Assembly (NCBI GenBank): GCA_963735085.1
Contig: CAVTJP010000005.1
Span: forward strand, 1,213,001-1,277,000
Reading direction: 5' to 3'
DNA length: 64,000 nt
Origin: an uncultured Gammaproteobacteria bacterium
GTDB taxonomy: Bacteria > Pseudomonadota > Gammaproteobacteria > Pseudomonadales > Azotimanducaceae
Shown: piece after piece, positions 1 through 8,958 of the stretch
Position numbering within the stretch: the stretch's first letter is position 1
Layout of the letters: each line of letters begins with the position of its first letter
Notes under the pieces: generated by a model
Told to the model about the DNA's origin: nothing
Database searches by the model: none
Seen by the model: the letters and a program-made list of their open reading frames with translations, nothing else
Position numbers and translations under genes: made by a program

Positions 1-73
1 GGCATTGGACGGCGGAGTCTAAAGCAACGATCAAAGCACCAGCAACGCCGATCGATGGTGCGAACCGATTACG

Positions 74-631
74 TCAGCTCAGCAATGTGCTGAACACCGC
101 CGGCAGCAGGTAGTCTCGAATCAGAATAAGAACCATGAAGACCAGAATCGGGGAAAAATCCAGACCGCCGAGCGGCGGGATCAGTCGGCGCGCGGGCGCG
201 AGGATCGGCTCGGTAACTTGTGTCAGCAGTGCGGCGGCCGGATGGTACGACCCCGGCGCGACGAAGCTCAACACGATCACGACGATCAACGCGAACCAAT
301 ACACCGTCAGCAGGAGGCGCAGCACGTCGAACAAACCGAACCCAAACAGGTATGCGGCTCCGGGTATGTAGTGGGACTGAATTCCGAACGACAGGGCATG
401 CGACAGCACTTCTATGAGCCACGCCGCGATGAACGCTGCGAAGTCGAGGTTGCGATACCCCGGAATCAACATTCGCATTGGGCGGAGGATAGGGTCTGTC
501 GCTTTGATGATGCCCTGCGAGATCGGGTTATAGAAATCTGCCCGGCTGGCTTGCAGGATCAGTCGCGCGAGAAACAGAAAGCAGACGAACTCGAAGATGG
601 TGTTGACGACGAAGACTAGCGGGCTATTCAT
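74..631 (-). CDS. yggT: YggT family integral membrane protein
   Basis: 185-aa hydrophobic ORF with duplicated YggT-like repeats (NPISQGIIKATDPILRP / HPAAALLTQVTEPILAPARRLIP). Sits downstream of proC-yggS as in many gammaproteobacteria. Confidence 0.8.
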   Translation of the reverse strand: MNSPLVFVVNTIFEFVCFLFLARLILQASRADFYNPISQGIIKATDPILRPMRMLIPGYRNLDFAAFIAAWLIEVLSHALSFGIQSHYIPGAAYLFGFGLFDVLRLLLTVYWFALIVVIVLSFVAPGSYHPAAALLTQVTEPILAPARRLIPPLGGLDFSPILVFMVLILIRDYLLPAVFSTLLS

Positions 632-1497
632 TGGGGGTGTCCTGATTCATCTGTGCTGCGCGGAGTCACTGCGCCGCCGAACTCGTCGGCAAGCTCGACC
701 GACCGCCGCGCGGCACCGTGTACCGCTTGCTTCACGAGCGACTTGCAGCCGCCCGCATCGAACATTGAAATGGCACGCTCAGTGGTACCCCCTGGGGATG
801 TCACATTGCGCCGCAGCACACTGGGGGATAGATCGCTTTCGTTAGCCATCACGGCGGCGCCATACGCAGTCTTTAGCGTCAACCTGCGTGCGGTTGCTTC
901 GTCGAGCCCGAGTTCGACGCCGGCTTCGATCATAGCCTCCATCAGGTAGAAGAAATAAGCCGGTCCGCTGCCCGAGACTGCGGTCACCGCGTCGATTGAC
1001 GATTCGTCTCGAACCCAGATGACGTCACCAACCGCCGAAAGAATCGACTCGGCGACACTGCGTTGCTGCTGCGTGGCACGGCTATTCGCGAACAGCGCCG
1101 TCACGCCGGCCCCATACAACGCCGGTGTATTTGGCATGCAGCGAACTATGCCTACAGGACACGAACACCAACTTGCTATGGCGGAACTTGGTACGCCCGC
1201 AGCAATGGAAATCAATAGCTGCGCCTCGCGTATCGAACTCTTCAGATGCTGGACGACGCGGCTCACCAATTGTGGTTTGACTGCCAACACGATCGATGTT
1301 GCGCCCTCGACGGCACGTTCATTTGCATCGATCGCTGCCACACCGAGCGCGGCCATGCTGGAGCGTTGGTCGGCATCCGGATCAGCGGCGACGATCGATG
1401 ACGCCGGAAAGCCGTGCCGCAGCAGACCTCCGACCAGGCAACGTGCCATGTTGCCCGCGCCGATGAACGCAACTCGCCCGTCCACCGCTTCAGCCAT
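628..1497 (-). CDS. proC: Pyrroline-5-carboxylate reductase
   Basis: N-terminal Rossmann motif VAFIGAGNMA and C-terminal SPGGTT motif typical of ProC. 4-nt overlap with yggT. Confidence 0.9.
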   Translation of the reverse strand: MAEAVDGRVAFIGAGNMARCLVGGLLRHGFPASSIVAADPDADQRSSMAALGVAAIDANERAVEGATSIVLAVKPQLVSRVVQHLKSSIREAQLLISIAAGVPSSAIASWCSCPVGIVRCMPNTPALYGAGVTALFANSRATQQQRSVAESILSAVGDVIWVRDESSIDAVTAVSGSGPAYFFYLMEAMIEAGVELGLDEATARRLTLKTAYGAAVMANESDLSPSVLRRNVTSPGGTTERAISMFDAGGCKSLVKQAVHGAARRSVELADEFGGAVTPRSTDESGHPQ

Positions 1498-2194
1498 CGG
1501 TGGTAGCCGCGGGGCGAGGCCCGAATATTGCCGTACCGATTCTGATCATCGTGGCACCTTCCTCGATCGCTATTTCAAAGTCCTGACTCATTCCCATCGA
1601 CAGCGTGTCCCAATGCAGCGCATTGGAGGGTTTCGCATCGTCGAACAAGATGCGCATACGGCGAAAGGCCTGACGTTGTGCCTCTGGGTCCGCGTGCGGT
1701 CGTGGAATTGCCATCAATCCGCGTACGCGCAGCCTCGGTAGATTCCGCAGCTGCGCGGAGAATTTTGCCAGAGCTTGCGGGACGATACCCGATTTCCGGG
1801 GCTCCTGATCGATATTGACCTGAATCAGGACGTTGAGAGGAACTGCATCTGCAGGGCGTTGCGCGGACAATCGGCGTGCAATCTTCTCGCGATCCAGTGT
1901 CTGTACCCATTGAAAGTGGCGCGCGATGTCTCGGGTCTTGTTCGATTGCACCGTCCCGATGAAATGCCAGTGCAACGGTACATCATGCAGTGCCTCGATT
2001 TTTGGAATCGATTCGTCGAGATAATTCTCGCCGATGTCGGCTATCCCGACGTTCGCCGCAGTGCGAATGGCGTCGCTGTCGCGCGTCTTCGACACCGCGA
2101 TCAGACACACAGAGTCCTGCTGACGACCGCTTCGTTGCGCGGCAAGAGCGATGCGGTTACGTATGTCTGCGACTTGGTTGCTGATCGAGTACAT
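1490..2194 (-). CDS. yggS: YggS family pyridoxal-phosphate homeostasis protein
   Basis: 234 aa with the LIAVSKT PLP-lysine motif and the HWHFIG / SMGMS motifs of the YggS/PROSC family. Overlaps the proC start. Confidence 0.9.
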   Translation of the reverse strand: MYSISNQVADIRNRIALAAQRSGRQQDSVCLIAVSKTRDSDAIRTAANVGIADIGENYLDESIPKIEALHDVPLHWHFIGTVQSNKTRDIARHFQWVQTLDREKIARRLSAQRPADAVPLNVLIQVNIDQEPRKSGIVPQALAKFSAQLRNLPRLRVRGLMAIPRPHADPEAQRQAFRRMRILFDDAKPSNALHWDTLSMGMSQDFEIAIEEGATMIRIGTAIFGPRPAATTDG

Positions 2195-2339
2195 GTTGCT
2201 TGTGTAGACGGCGTCGCAGTTTAGCGATGCGACATTCCCGCGTCATCCATATGCCATGTGCAACCGAAGGGGGAGGTAATACTATACAGGCCTCTCCATG
2301 GACTCTCTTTGCGGGGAGCGCGAGCAGAAAGGGACTGCT

Positions 2340-3374
2340 ATGGATATCACCGAACTGCTGGCTTTCAGTGCCAAACAAGGCGCATCCGACCTGCATCTAT
2401 CCGCGGGCTTACCGCCGATGATTCGAGTCGATGGTGACGTGCGACGCATCAATCTGCCGCCTCTCGAGCATCGCGAAGTTCACTCGCTTGTCTACGAGAT
2501 CATGAACGACAAGCAGCGCAAGGACTACGAGGAATTCCTGGAGACCGACTTCTCGTTCGAGGTGCCTGGTGTCGCGCGCTTCCGTGTCAATGCGTTCAAT
2601 CAGAATCGTGGCGCCGGGGCGGTGTTCCGAACCATTCCTTCCAAGGTACTGACGTTGGAAGACCTGAGCATGGGCCAGGTTTTCAAAGATATATCGATGG
2701 CGCCGCGAGGTCTCGTGCTTGTGACCGGGCCCACGGGTTCCGGCAAGAGTACGTCGATGGCCGCGATGGTCGACTTCATCAACGACAATCGCTATCAACA
2801 TATCCTGACGATCGAAGACCCGATCGAGTTCGTTCACGAGAGCAAGAAGTGTCTCGTCAACCAGCGCGAGGTCCACCGCGACACACATGGATTCTCCGAA
2901 GCGCTACGCGTTGCACTGCGGGAAGATCCGGACGTGATTCTCGTGGGTGAGATGCGTGACCTGGTGACCACGCGACTGGCGTTGACAGCTGCGGAAACCG
3001 GGCATCTTGTGTTCGCGACGCTGCATACGACATCGGCATCGAAGACTATCGACCGAATCATCGACCAGTTCCCTGCTGAAGAAAAAGACATGGTTAGGTC
3101 GATGCTGTCGGAGTCGCTACAGGCTGTGATTTCGCAGACGTTGCTCAAGCGCGTGAATGGCGGTCGCGTCGCAGCGCACGAGATCATGATCGCTACGCCG
3201 GCGATTCGTAACCTGATTCGCGAAGGCAAGGTTGCCCAGATGTACTCCGCCATTCAGACCAGCGCGGCAAATGGTATGCAGACGCTCGACCAATGTCTTC
3301 AGGGCTTGGTGCAGCGTCGCGTAATAGCTCGTGATACTGCGCGCGAGATTGCAAAAATCCCCGAGAGCTTCTGA
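2340..3374 (+). CDS. pilT: Type IV pilus retraction ATPase PilT
   Basis: Near-identical N-terminus to P. aeruginosa PilT (MDITELLAFSAKQGASDLHLSAGLPPMIRVDGDVRRI), Walker A GPTGSGKST, AIRNLIRE motif. Start moved to the ATG at 2340 inside the 2298 ORF. Confidence 0.95.
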   Translation: MDITELLAFSAKQGASDLHLSAGLPPMIRVDGDVRRINLPPLEHREVHSLVYEIMNDKQRKDYEEFLETDFSFEVPGVARFRVNAFNQNRGAGAVFRTIPSKVLTLEDLSMGQVFKDISMAPRGLVLVTGPTGSGKSTSMAAMVDFINDNRYQHILTIEDPIEFVHESKKCLVNQREVHRDTHGFSEALRVALREDPDVILVGEMRDLVTTRLALTAAETGHLVFATLHTTSASKTIDRIIDQFPAEEKDMVRSMLSESLQAVISQTLLKRVNGGRVAAHEIMIATPAIRNLIREGKVAQMYSAIQTSAANGMQTLDQCLQGLVQRRVIARDTAREIAKIPESF

Positions 3375-3382
3375 GGTGGCCC

Positions 3383-4525
3383 ATGGAGTTCGATAAGTTA
3401 CTCAAGCTGGTCGTCGAAAAAGGGGCATCCGACCTCTTCATCACCGCCGGACGCCCGCCAACGATCAAGATCAACGGCAAGTTGTTCGCCGCGTCGAAGA
3501 ATGCGCTCTCCCCGGAGCAGTCGCGGGAGCTCGTGCTCGGTGTGATGAATAAAGATCAACAGGATGCGTTCAAGCGCGATCACGAGTGCAACTTTGCGAT
3601 CAATACACGAGGCTTGGGTCGCTTTCGCGTCAGCGCATTCTATCAGCGCAATCTGATCGGCATGGTGTTGCGCCGTATCGAAGTGAACATTCCGAAGGTT
3701 GCCGAACTGGGGTTGCCGCCGGTCATCGAGCAACTTGCGATGACGAAGCGCGGCTTGATCATTTTCGTTGGCGCGACGGGAACTGGTAAGTCGACCTCGC
3801 TCGCCGCGATGATCGGCCATCGCAATGAAAACTCCACGGGCCACATCATCAGCATCGAGGACCCGATCGAATACGTCCACCAGCATCACGGCTGCATCAT
3901 CACGCAGCGTGAGGTGGGCATGGACACCGACAGTTTCGAAGTGGCGCTGAAGAACACGCTGCGTCAGGCGCCGGATGTCATCATGATCGGCGAGGTGCGT
4001 CAGCGGGAGACAATGGAATCCGCGGTTACGTTCGCAGAAACGGGGCACCTGTGCCTATGCACGTTGCACGCGAACAATGCCAACCAGGCGCTGGATCGAA
4101 TCATTCACTTCTTTCCAAGTGATCGGCATGACCAAATCTGGATGGACCTGTCGCTGAACCTGAAGGCGATCGTCGCACAGCAGCTCATTCCCACCGTCGA
4201 CGGTCAAGGACGCCGCGCGGCGGTCGAGGTTTTGATCAACACGCCGCTGATGGCAGACCATATTCGCAAGGGCGAAGTCCATCTGCTGAAGGAGCTGATG
4301 ACGAAATCCACGGAACTCGGCATGCAGACGTTCGACCAAGGTCTCTATCGTCTCTACAGTGCAGGCGAGATTTCTTATGACGCCGCTCTCACGCATGCCG
4401 ATTCGGCAAACGATCTACGATTGATGATCAAACTCGGCGCGGATGCCGGCGCCGGCGATGCGATGGATGCGGTAGGTAACCTGACGTTGGAAGACACCGA
4501 ATCCGCGTTCAGCTATCGACGCTAG
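3383..4525 (+). CDS. pilU: Type IV pilus ATPase PilU
   Basis: PilT paralogue (GATGTGKST Walker A, 380 aa with a C-terminal extension) immediately downstream of pilT, preceded by GAGGTGG. Confidence 0.9.
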   Translation: MEFDKLLKLVVEKGASDLFITAGRPPTIKINGKLFAASKNALSPEQSRELVLGVMNKDQQDAFKRDHECNFAINTRGLGRFRVSAFYQRNLIGMVLRRIEVNIPKVAELGLPPVIEQLAMTKRGLIIFVGATGTGKSTSLAAMIGHRNENSTGHIISIEDPIEYVHQHHGCIITQREVGMDTDSFEVALKNTLRQAPDVIMIGEVRQRETMESAVTFAETGHLCLCTLHANNANQALDRIIHFFPSDRHDQIWMDLSLNLKAIVAQQLIPTVDGQGRRAAVEVLINTPLMADHIRKGEVHLLKELMTKSTELGMQTFDQGLYRLYSAGEISYDAALTHADSANDLRLMIKLGADAGAGDAMDAVGNLTLEDTESAFSYRR

Positions 4526-4940
4526 CTGCGCTGTCGCCGGGTCGCGCGCCGAGGAAGGATTCCGCGATCAGTCGTGCGGCAACTGCGTGCTGCGCATCAA
4601 TGTCCCGACATAGCCCTCTAGCTTCAAAACTGGTCAGGCGCTCGTCGACCAGTTCCACCCTCATGCTATAGCGGGCGCCTAGACGCTTCGCGAACCGACT
4701 GGCACGGTTCGCCATCTCGCTGATCGTGCCGTCCATGTTCAACGGTAATCCGACCAGCAATACATCGGGTTGCCAGGTTTGTAGTACCGCGTCGACCGCA
4801 CGCCAATCAGGCATGCCGTCACGCGCACGCAGCGTCGTGACTTCTTGTGCGGTTTGCGTGACGGTCTGTCCGATGGCGACACCGATGTTGCGCAGTCCGA
4901 AGTCGAATGCGACCACGGTGTGCGGTTTGGTCACGGTCAC
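4509..4940 (-). CDS. ruvX: Holliday-junction resolvase-like nuclease RuvX (YqgF)
   Basis: 143 aa, VVAFDFGLRNIGVA and GLPLNMDGT motifs of the YqgF family. Its 3' end overlaps the pilU 3' end by 17 nt (convergent). Confidence 0.9.
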   Translation of the reverse strand: MTVTKPHTVVAFDFGLRNIGVAIGQTVTQTAQEVTTLRARDGMPDWRAVDAVLQTWQPDVLLVGLPLNMDGTISEMANRASRFAKRLGARYSMRVELVDERLTSFEARGLCRDIDAQHAVAARLIAESFLGARPGDSAASVDS

Positions 4941-5494
4941 GCGTGTCCGGCGTGGGTCGACATCAGGCGGAAGTCGATGCCGATGGATGCGGCAGCTTTG
5001 TTGACGCGCTGATCGAATGGCACATCGAACAGGATGTCGATATCCGCGGGACAGCTGAGCCAGGCGTTCTGCGACAGCTCAGCTTCCAGCTGGCCGCCGC
5101 CCCATCCAGCGTAGCCAAGCGCGACAACATAGCGGTGCGGGCCTTGCCCGGCGCCGATTGCCTCTAAGGTCTGGCGTGCGGTGCTGAGCATCAGGCCGTT
5201 GCCTAAGGTCAGGCTGGCGTCGTACTGCACCTCGTCGCTGTGCAGAATGAACCCGCGATCGGTTTTCACCGGACCACCTTCGAGTACGGGTTGTTTGGCA
5301 ATGTGCGTTGCACCGATCCCCAGTTGTTCGAGCAGTTCGGAGACACTCAGCCGCGTTGGCCGATTGACCATCAGGCCCATAGCGCCTTCCTCGTTGTGCT
5401 CACAGATATACGTGATGGTATTGCCGAAATACTCACCGACGAGGCCCGGCATTGCGAGCAGGAAGTGGTGCTTCAGACAAATATCGAGTGACAT
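4937..5494 (-). CDS. yqgE: YqgE/AlgH family (UPF0301) protein
   Basis: HHFLLAMPGL...YICEHNEEGAMGLMVNRP signature. Start placed at the internal ATG (MSLDICLK) because the longer ORF would overlap the upstream TonB gene. Confidence 0.85.
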   Translation of the reverse strand: MSLDICLKHHFLLAMPGLVGEYFGNTITYICEHNEEGAMGLMVNRPTRLSVSELLEQLGIGATHIAKQPVLEGGPVKTDRGFILHSDEVQYDASLTLGNGLMLSTARQTLEAIGAGQGPHRYVVALGYAGWGGGQLEAELSQNAWLSCPADIDILFDVPFDQRVNKAAASIGIDFRLMSTHAGHA

Positions 5495-5528
5495 GCGTGC
5501 GGAATCATAGCAGCTGCAGAGGTGCAGC

Positions 5529-6386
5529 TCAGGACGACGAGTAGTGATTCTTGCGGAACTCCCAGGTACGCACGATCTCGAGTACATCCGTGGATTGGCG
5601 CATTTGCTCAGGAAACGGTGCAAACGGCGCTGCCTGCCGAACGATGCGTATCGCAGCGTCGTCGAGCACCTTGAAGCCCGACGAATCGAGAATGCGGACA
5701 TCCTTGAGCGCGCCGTCCGGTGTAATCGATACCATAAGTCGTAAGCTGCCGTAGAGGCGCTCGCGACGCGCTTCTTCCGGATAATTCAGGTTCCCCACCG
5801 TCTCGACTTTACGACGCCAGGATTGCAGATAGTAGGCATCGACGGCCTGACGCGCCGAGACGCTGGTCAATCGGCGCACCCGCGGCGACTTGGCCTTGGT
5901 ATTGGTTTCGCTGTCGGGGCGTGCTTCGAGGCTTGCGATCTCCTGGCTCAAATCGAGCAGACGCTTTTGATCCGCTGGCGTTAGCCGTGGTTCTACCTTG
6001 GTTTGTGGGGCTTCGATCGTCGCTGTCTCTTCGCGAGCTGCCGACGTCGTCAACATGGCCTGCGATTCAACCTGAGGTTTTTCCTGCGCCGGATCGGATG
6101 CGACTTGGCGAAACGCACTATCGTGAAAATCCGCGGTCTCGGTGGTGGTGGTTTCGCGAACCTGCTCTGCGTCGCCACTGCCAAGCTGATTCGATTGTGC
6201 AAGGAAGTCCGGCTTGTCGGGTGCGATGCGATCGTCGTGCTGGGCTAGCGTGACCTCAACAGTGGGCGATCGAGCCTGATCCACGTGCCAGGCGAAGCCA
6301 ATCCCCAGAATCACTGCGGCATGAAGCGAGGCCGCGAGAAATACGGTAAATGACAACCGGTCTCGCGGAGTGATGACGGCATCCAT
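5529..6386 (-). CDS. TonB-family energy-transducer protein (TonB3-like position)
   Basis: N-terminal TM anchor, long Pro/Glu/Ala-rich spacer, and a C-terminal TonB fold signature (YPEEARRERLYGSLRLMVSITPDGALKDVRILDSSGFKVLDDAA). Lies between gshB and yqgE, as P. aeruginosa tonB3 does. Confidence 0.75.
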   Translation of the reverse strand: MDAVITPRDRLSFTVFLAASLHAAVILGIGFAWHVDQARSPTVEVTLAQHDDRIAPDKPDFLAQSNQLGSGDAEQVRETTTTETADFHDSAFRQVASDPAQEKPQVESQAMLTTSAAREETATIEAPQTKVEPRLTPADQKRLLDLSQEIASLEARPDSETNTKAKSPRVRRLTSVSARQAVDAYYLQSWRRKVETVGNLNYPEEARRERLYGSLRLMVSITPDGALKDVRILDSSGFKVLDDAAIRIVRQAAPFAPFPEQMRQSTDVLEIVRTWEFRKNHYSSS

Positions 6387-6408
6387 GATCGAGGTACTTT
6401 ACGTTGCC

Positions 6409-7404
6409 TTATGGGGCCGCATTGCGGCCGCCGGTGAGTTTTGCATCGATGCAGTCGACGAGTTTACCGGCTATGTCGAGGCCGAACTGTGTATCGAGTT
6501 CGCGAATGCAGGTTGGACACGTGACATTCACCTCGGTCAAATAATCGCCAATGATATCGATGCCGACGAAGTATAGCCCGCGTCGTACCAACTCCGGCCC
6601 GACTTGCTCGGTGATCCACCGGTCGCGCGCCGTTAACGGCCGACCCTCCCCCGTACCGCCCGCGGCGAGGTTACCGCGCGCCTCACCCTGCTTGGGAATC
6701 CGCGCGAGCGCATAGGGTATCGCCTCACCATCGACGATGAGAACGCGTTTGTCCCCCTGACTGATTTCGGGGATGAACTGCTGGGCCATGATGGGTCGTT
6801 CGCCATAGTGAGTCAGCGTTTCGATGACGACCGACAGGTTCGGATCGTCGTCCATCATGCGGAAGATCGACTCACCGCCCATCCCGTCGAGCGGCTTGAG
6901 CACAGTGCGTTTGTGTTGAGCGTGAAACGCGCGGATCACGTCGGCCCGACTCGATACGATCAAAGGCGGCCCGCATTGGGGGAACGCGGTTGCAAAGAAC
7001 TTCTCGTTGCAGTCGCGCAGGCTGCCTGGGCGATTCACCACCAACACGCCCTCGCTCTCCGCCCGCTCGAGCAAATAGGTAGTGTAGATATACTGCATGT
7101 CGAAAGGTGGATCCTTGCGCATGAAGATCACGTCAAACTCGCCGAGCGGACGGGCCACCTCCTCGCCTCGGCGATACCAGCCAGAACGCGCTGTTGCAGG
7201 ATCGAGCCGTTCAAGGAATTCGCCGTGCAACGCCAGGGTTCGCGTGAACGCGAACGGCTTGGCGTCCCGATAGAACAGGTCGCTCTGAGGACTGTAGTGA
7301 ACGTCCCACGCCCGTTGCTGGGCGGCGCGAATCATCGCGAGAGTACTGTCCTTTTTGAGGTTGAGTTCGTCGACGGGATCCATGACGAACAAAGCTTTTG
7401 TCAT
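6409..7404 (-). CDS. gshB: Glutathione synthetase
   Basis: ATP-grasp GshB. MTKALFVMDP...KKDSTLAMIRAAQ aligns with the E. coli GshB N-terminus. ATG at 7404 preferred over the TTG at 7413. Confidence 0.9.
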   Translation of the reverse strand: MTKALFVMDPVDELNLKKDSTLAMIRAAQQRAWDVHYSPQSDLFYRDAKPFAFTRTLALHGEFLERLDPATARSGWYRRGEEVARPLGEFDVIFMRKDPPFDMQYIYTTYLLERAESEGVLVVNRPGSLRDCNEKFFATAFPQCGPPLIVSSRADVIRAFHAQHKRTVLKPLDGMGGESIFRMMDDDPNLSVVIETLTHYGERPIMAQQFIPEISQGDKRVLIVDGEAIPYALARIPKQGEARGNLAAGGTGEGRPLTARDRWITEQVGPELVRRGLYFVGIDIIGDYLTEVNVTCPTCIRELDTQFGLDIAGKLVDCIDAKLTGGRNAAP

Positions 7405-7618
7405 CGAACTCAAGCCTCAACGTGGTAGGAGTCAAAAGTACCCACATGGGATACTGCGAGCAACCAGAATGAGACAGAATTCCCTTTATAGTCGGCGACT
7501 TATGGATCGACCCCAGAAATCGTGTTACAACGCGATCGTTCTGTTGACCGGGCATCCCGGAGCAGTATTTCAGACACCGCAAATGACCCCTGTAGAGGGT
7601 TGAGGCAAGGAACGTACC

Positions 7619-7999
7619 ATGGAAGAGGAACTTCAGGGCGTCAAGGTGTTGGTCATTGATGACAGTAAGACGATCCGGCGCAGTGCCGAGAATCTGTTGT
7701 CAAAGGCGGGATGCGCCGTCATCACTGCGACTGACGGATTCGATGCGCTGGCGAAGATCGCCGATTCGCATCCAGAGATCATCTTTGTTGACATCATGAT
7801 GCCTCGCTTGGATGGGTATCAAACCTGCGCCCTGATCAAAAACAACAGTGAATTCAAGTCGACTCCTGTCGTGATGCTGTCGAGCAAGGACGGGCTGTTC
7901 GACAAGGCTAAGGGCCGCATCGTCGGTTCCGACCGGTACATCACGAAGCCGTTCAGCAAGGAAGAGCTGCTCGGTACCATCCGAACGTTGGTCGGTTAG
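7619..7999 (+). CDS. pilG: Twitching-motility CheY-like response regulator PilG
   Basis: Very high similarity to P. aeruginosa PilG (VIDDSKTIRR...FVDIMMPRLDGYQTCALIKNN...YITKPFSKEELL). Confidence 0.95.
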   Translation: MEEELQGVKVLVIDDSKTIRRSAENLLSKAGCAVITATDGFDALAKIADSHPEIIFVDIMMPRLDGYQTCALIKNNSEFKSTPVVMLSSKDGLFDKAKGRIVGSDRYITKPFSKEELLGTIRTLVG

Positions 8000-8022
8000 G
8001 AAGCGGATCCGAGGCAGCAACG

Positions 8023-8391
8023 ATGGCTCGTATTCTTGTAGTTGACGACTCTCCCACCGAAACCCATCAGTTCGTCAATGTATTGGCGAAGTATGGACAT
8101 CAGGTGTTGACGGCGGCATCTGGCACCGATGGTATCGACTTGGCGAACGAAGAACTCCCCGATGTTATTCTGATGGACGTCGTTATGCCGGGAATCAATG
8201 GGTTCCAGGCGACCCGCCAGCTGACGCGCAACACACAGACTCGTCATATTCCGGTGATAATCGTGTCGTCGAAGGACCAGGACACCGATCGCGTCTGGGG
8301 CCAGCGCCAAGGCGCCTCGGGTTATCTGACGAAACCGGTCGACGAAAAGACGCTGATCACAGCCGTCAACGGCGTCCTGGAAGACGACTAG
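8023..8391 (+). CDS. pilH: Twitching-motility CheY-like response regulator PilH
   Basis: MARILVVDDSPTE...MDVVMPGINGFQATRQLT...YLTKPVDE matches PilH. Confidence 0.95.
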   Translation: MARILVVDDSPTETHQFVNVLAKYGHQVLTAASGTDGIDLANEELPDVILMDVVMPGINGFQATRQLTRNTQTRHIPVIIVSSKDQDTDRVWGQRQGASGYLTKPVDEKTLITAVNGVLEDD

Positions 8392-8409
8392 ACTAGTAGG
8401 TTAGCGACG

Positions 8410-8946
8410 ATGGCAGCCAGTCAGGTGCTTCAGATTCTGCGTGACATCGAAGCGGACACGTTTCGCAACGCAGCGCCATTGCCGCACAAGCGAGACGCGA
8501 GACCGGAGTGGCAAGGCATCGGCTTCCAGTTGGGCGGTGTCCGTCTCGTATCCACTCTTGGTGAGGTCGGCGAGATCCTGAAACTGCCTCGAGTCACTGC
8601 GCTACCGCGTGTGCGTGAGTGGGTTGCTGGTGTCGCAAACGTGCGCGGAAGGTTGATTCCGGTCGTGGACCTGCACCGATATTTCGGTGTCACGGCAACG
8701 GTGCAACGGTTGCAGTGGCGACTGCTGATTGTTGATGGGGATGGCATCAGCTGTGGTCTCATCGTCGAACAGTCGCTGGGCATGCAGCATTTTCAGGAGG
8801 ACAGTTTCGAAAGTGGCAAACCTGAAGGGCTCGATGCGATCCACCCATTCATCAAGGGCGCGTATCGACATGGCGGGCGAATGTTCTACGTGGTCAGCCT
8901 GAAGACACTCGTTCGGGACGAACGGTTCTTAAACGTAGCGGAATAA
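8410..8946 (+). CDS. pilI: CheW-like coupling protein PilI
   Basis: 178-aa CheW-domain protein in the pilI position between pilH and pilJ. Confidence 0.85.
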   Translation: MAASQVLQILRDIEADTFRNAAPLPHKRDARPEWQGIGFQLGGVRLVSTLGEVGEILKLPRVTALPRVREWVAGVANVRGRLIPVVDLHRYFGVTATVQRLQWRLLIVDGDGISCGLIVEQSLGMQHFQEDSFESGKPEGLDAIHPFIKGAYRHGGRMFYVVSLKTLVRDERFLNVAE

Positions 8947-8958
8947 CGGAAAAGGGAT

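Noticed and set aside
1-73. Leading 73 nt before yggT
   Set aside because: It is too short and has no ORF in the track. It may be the 5' end of a downstream minus-strand gene (for example DUF167/yggU) that cannot be supported from this fragment.
5495-5701. Upstream extension of the yqgE ORF
   Set aside because: It would overlap the 3' end of the TonB-family gene. The family-typical N-terminus starts at the ATG at 5494.
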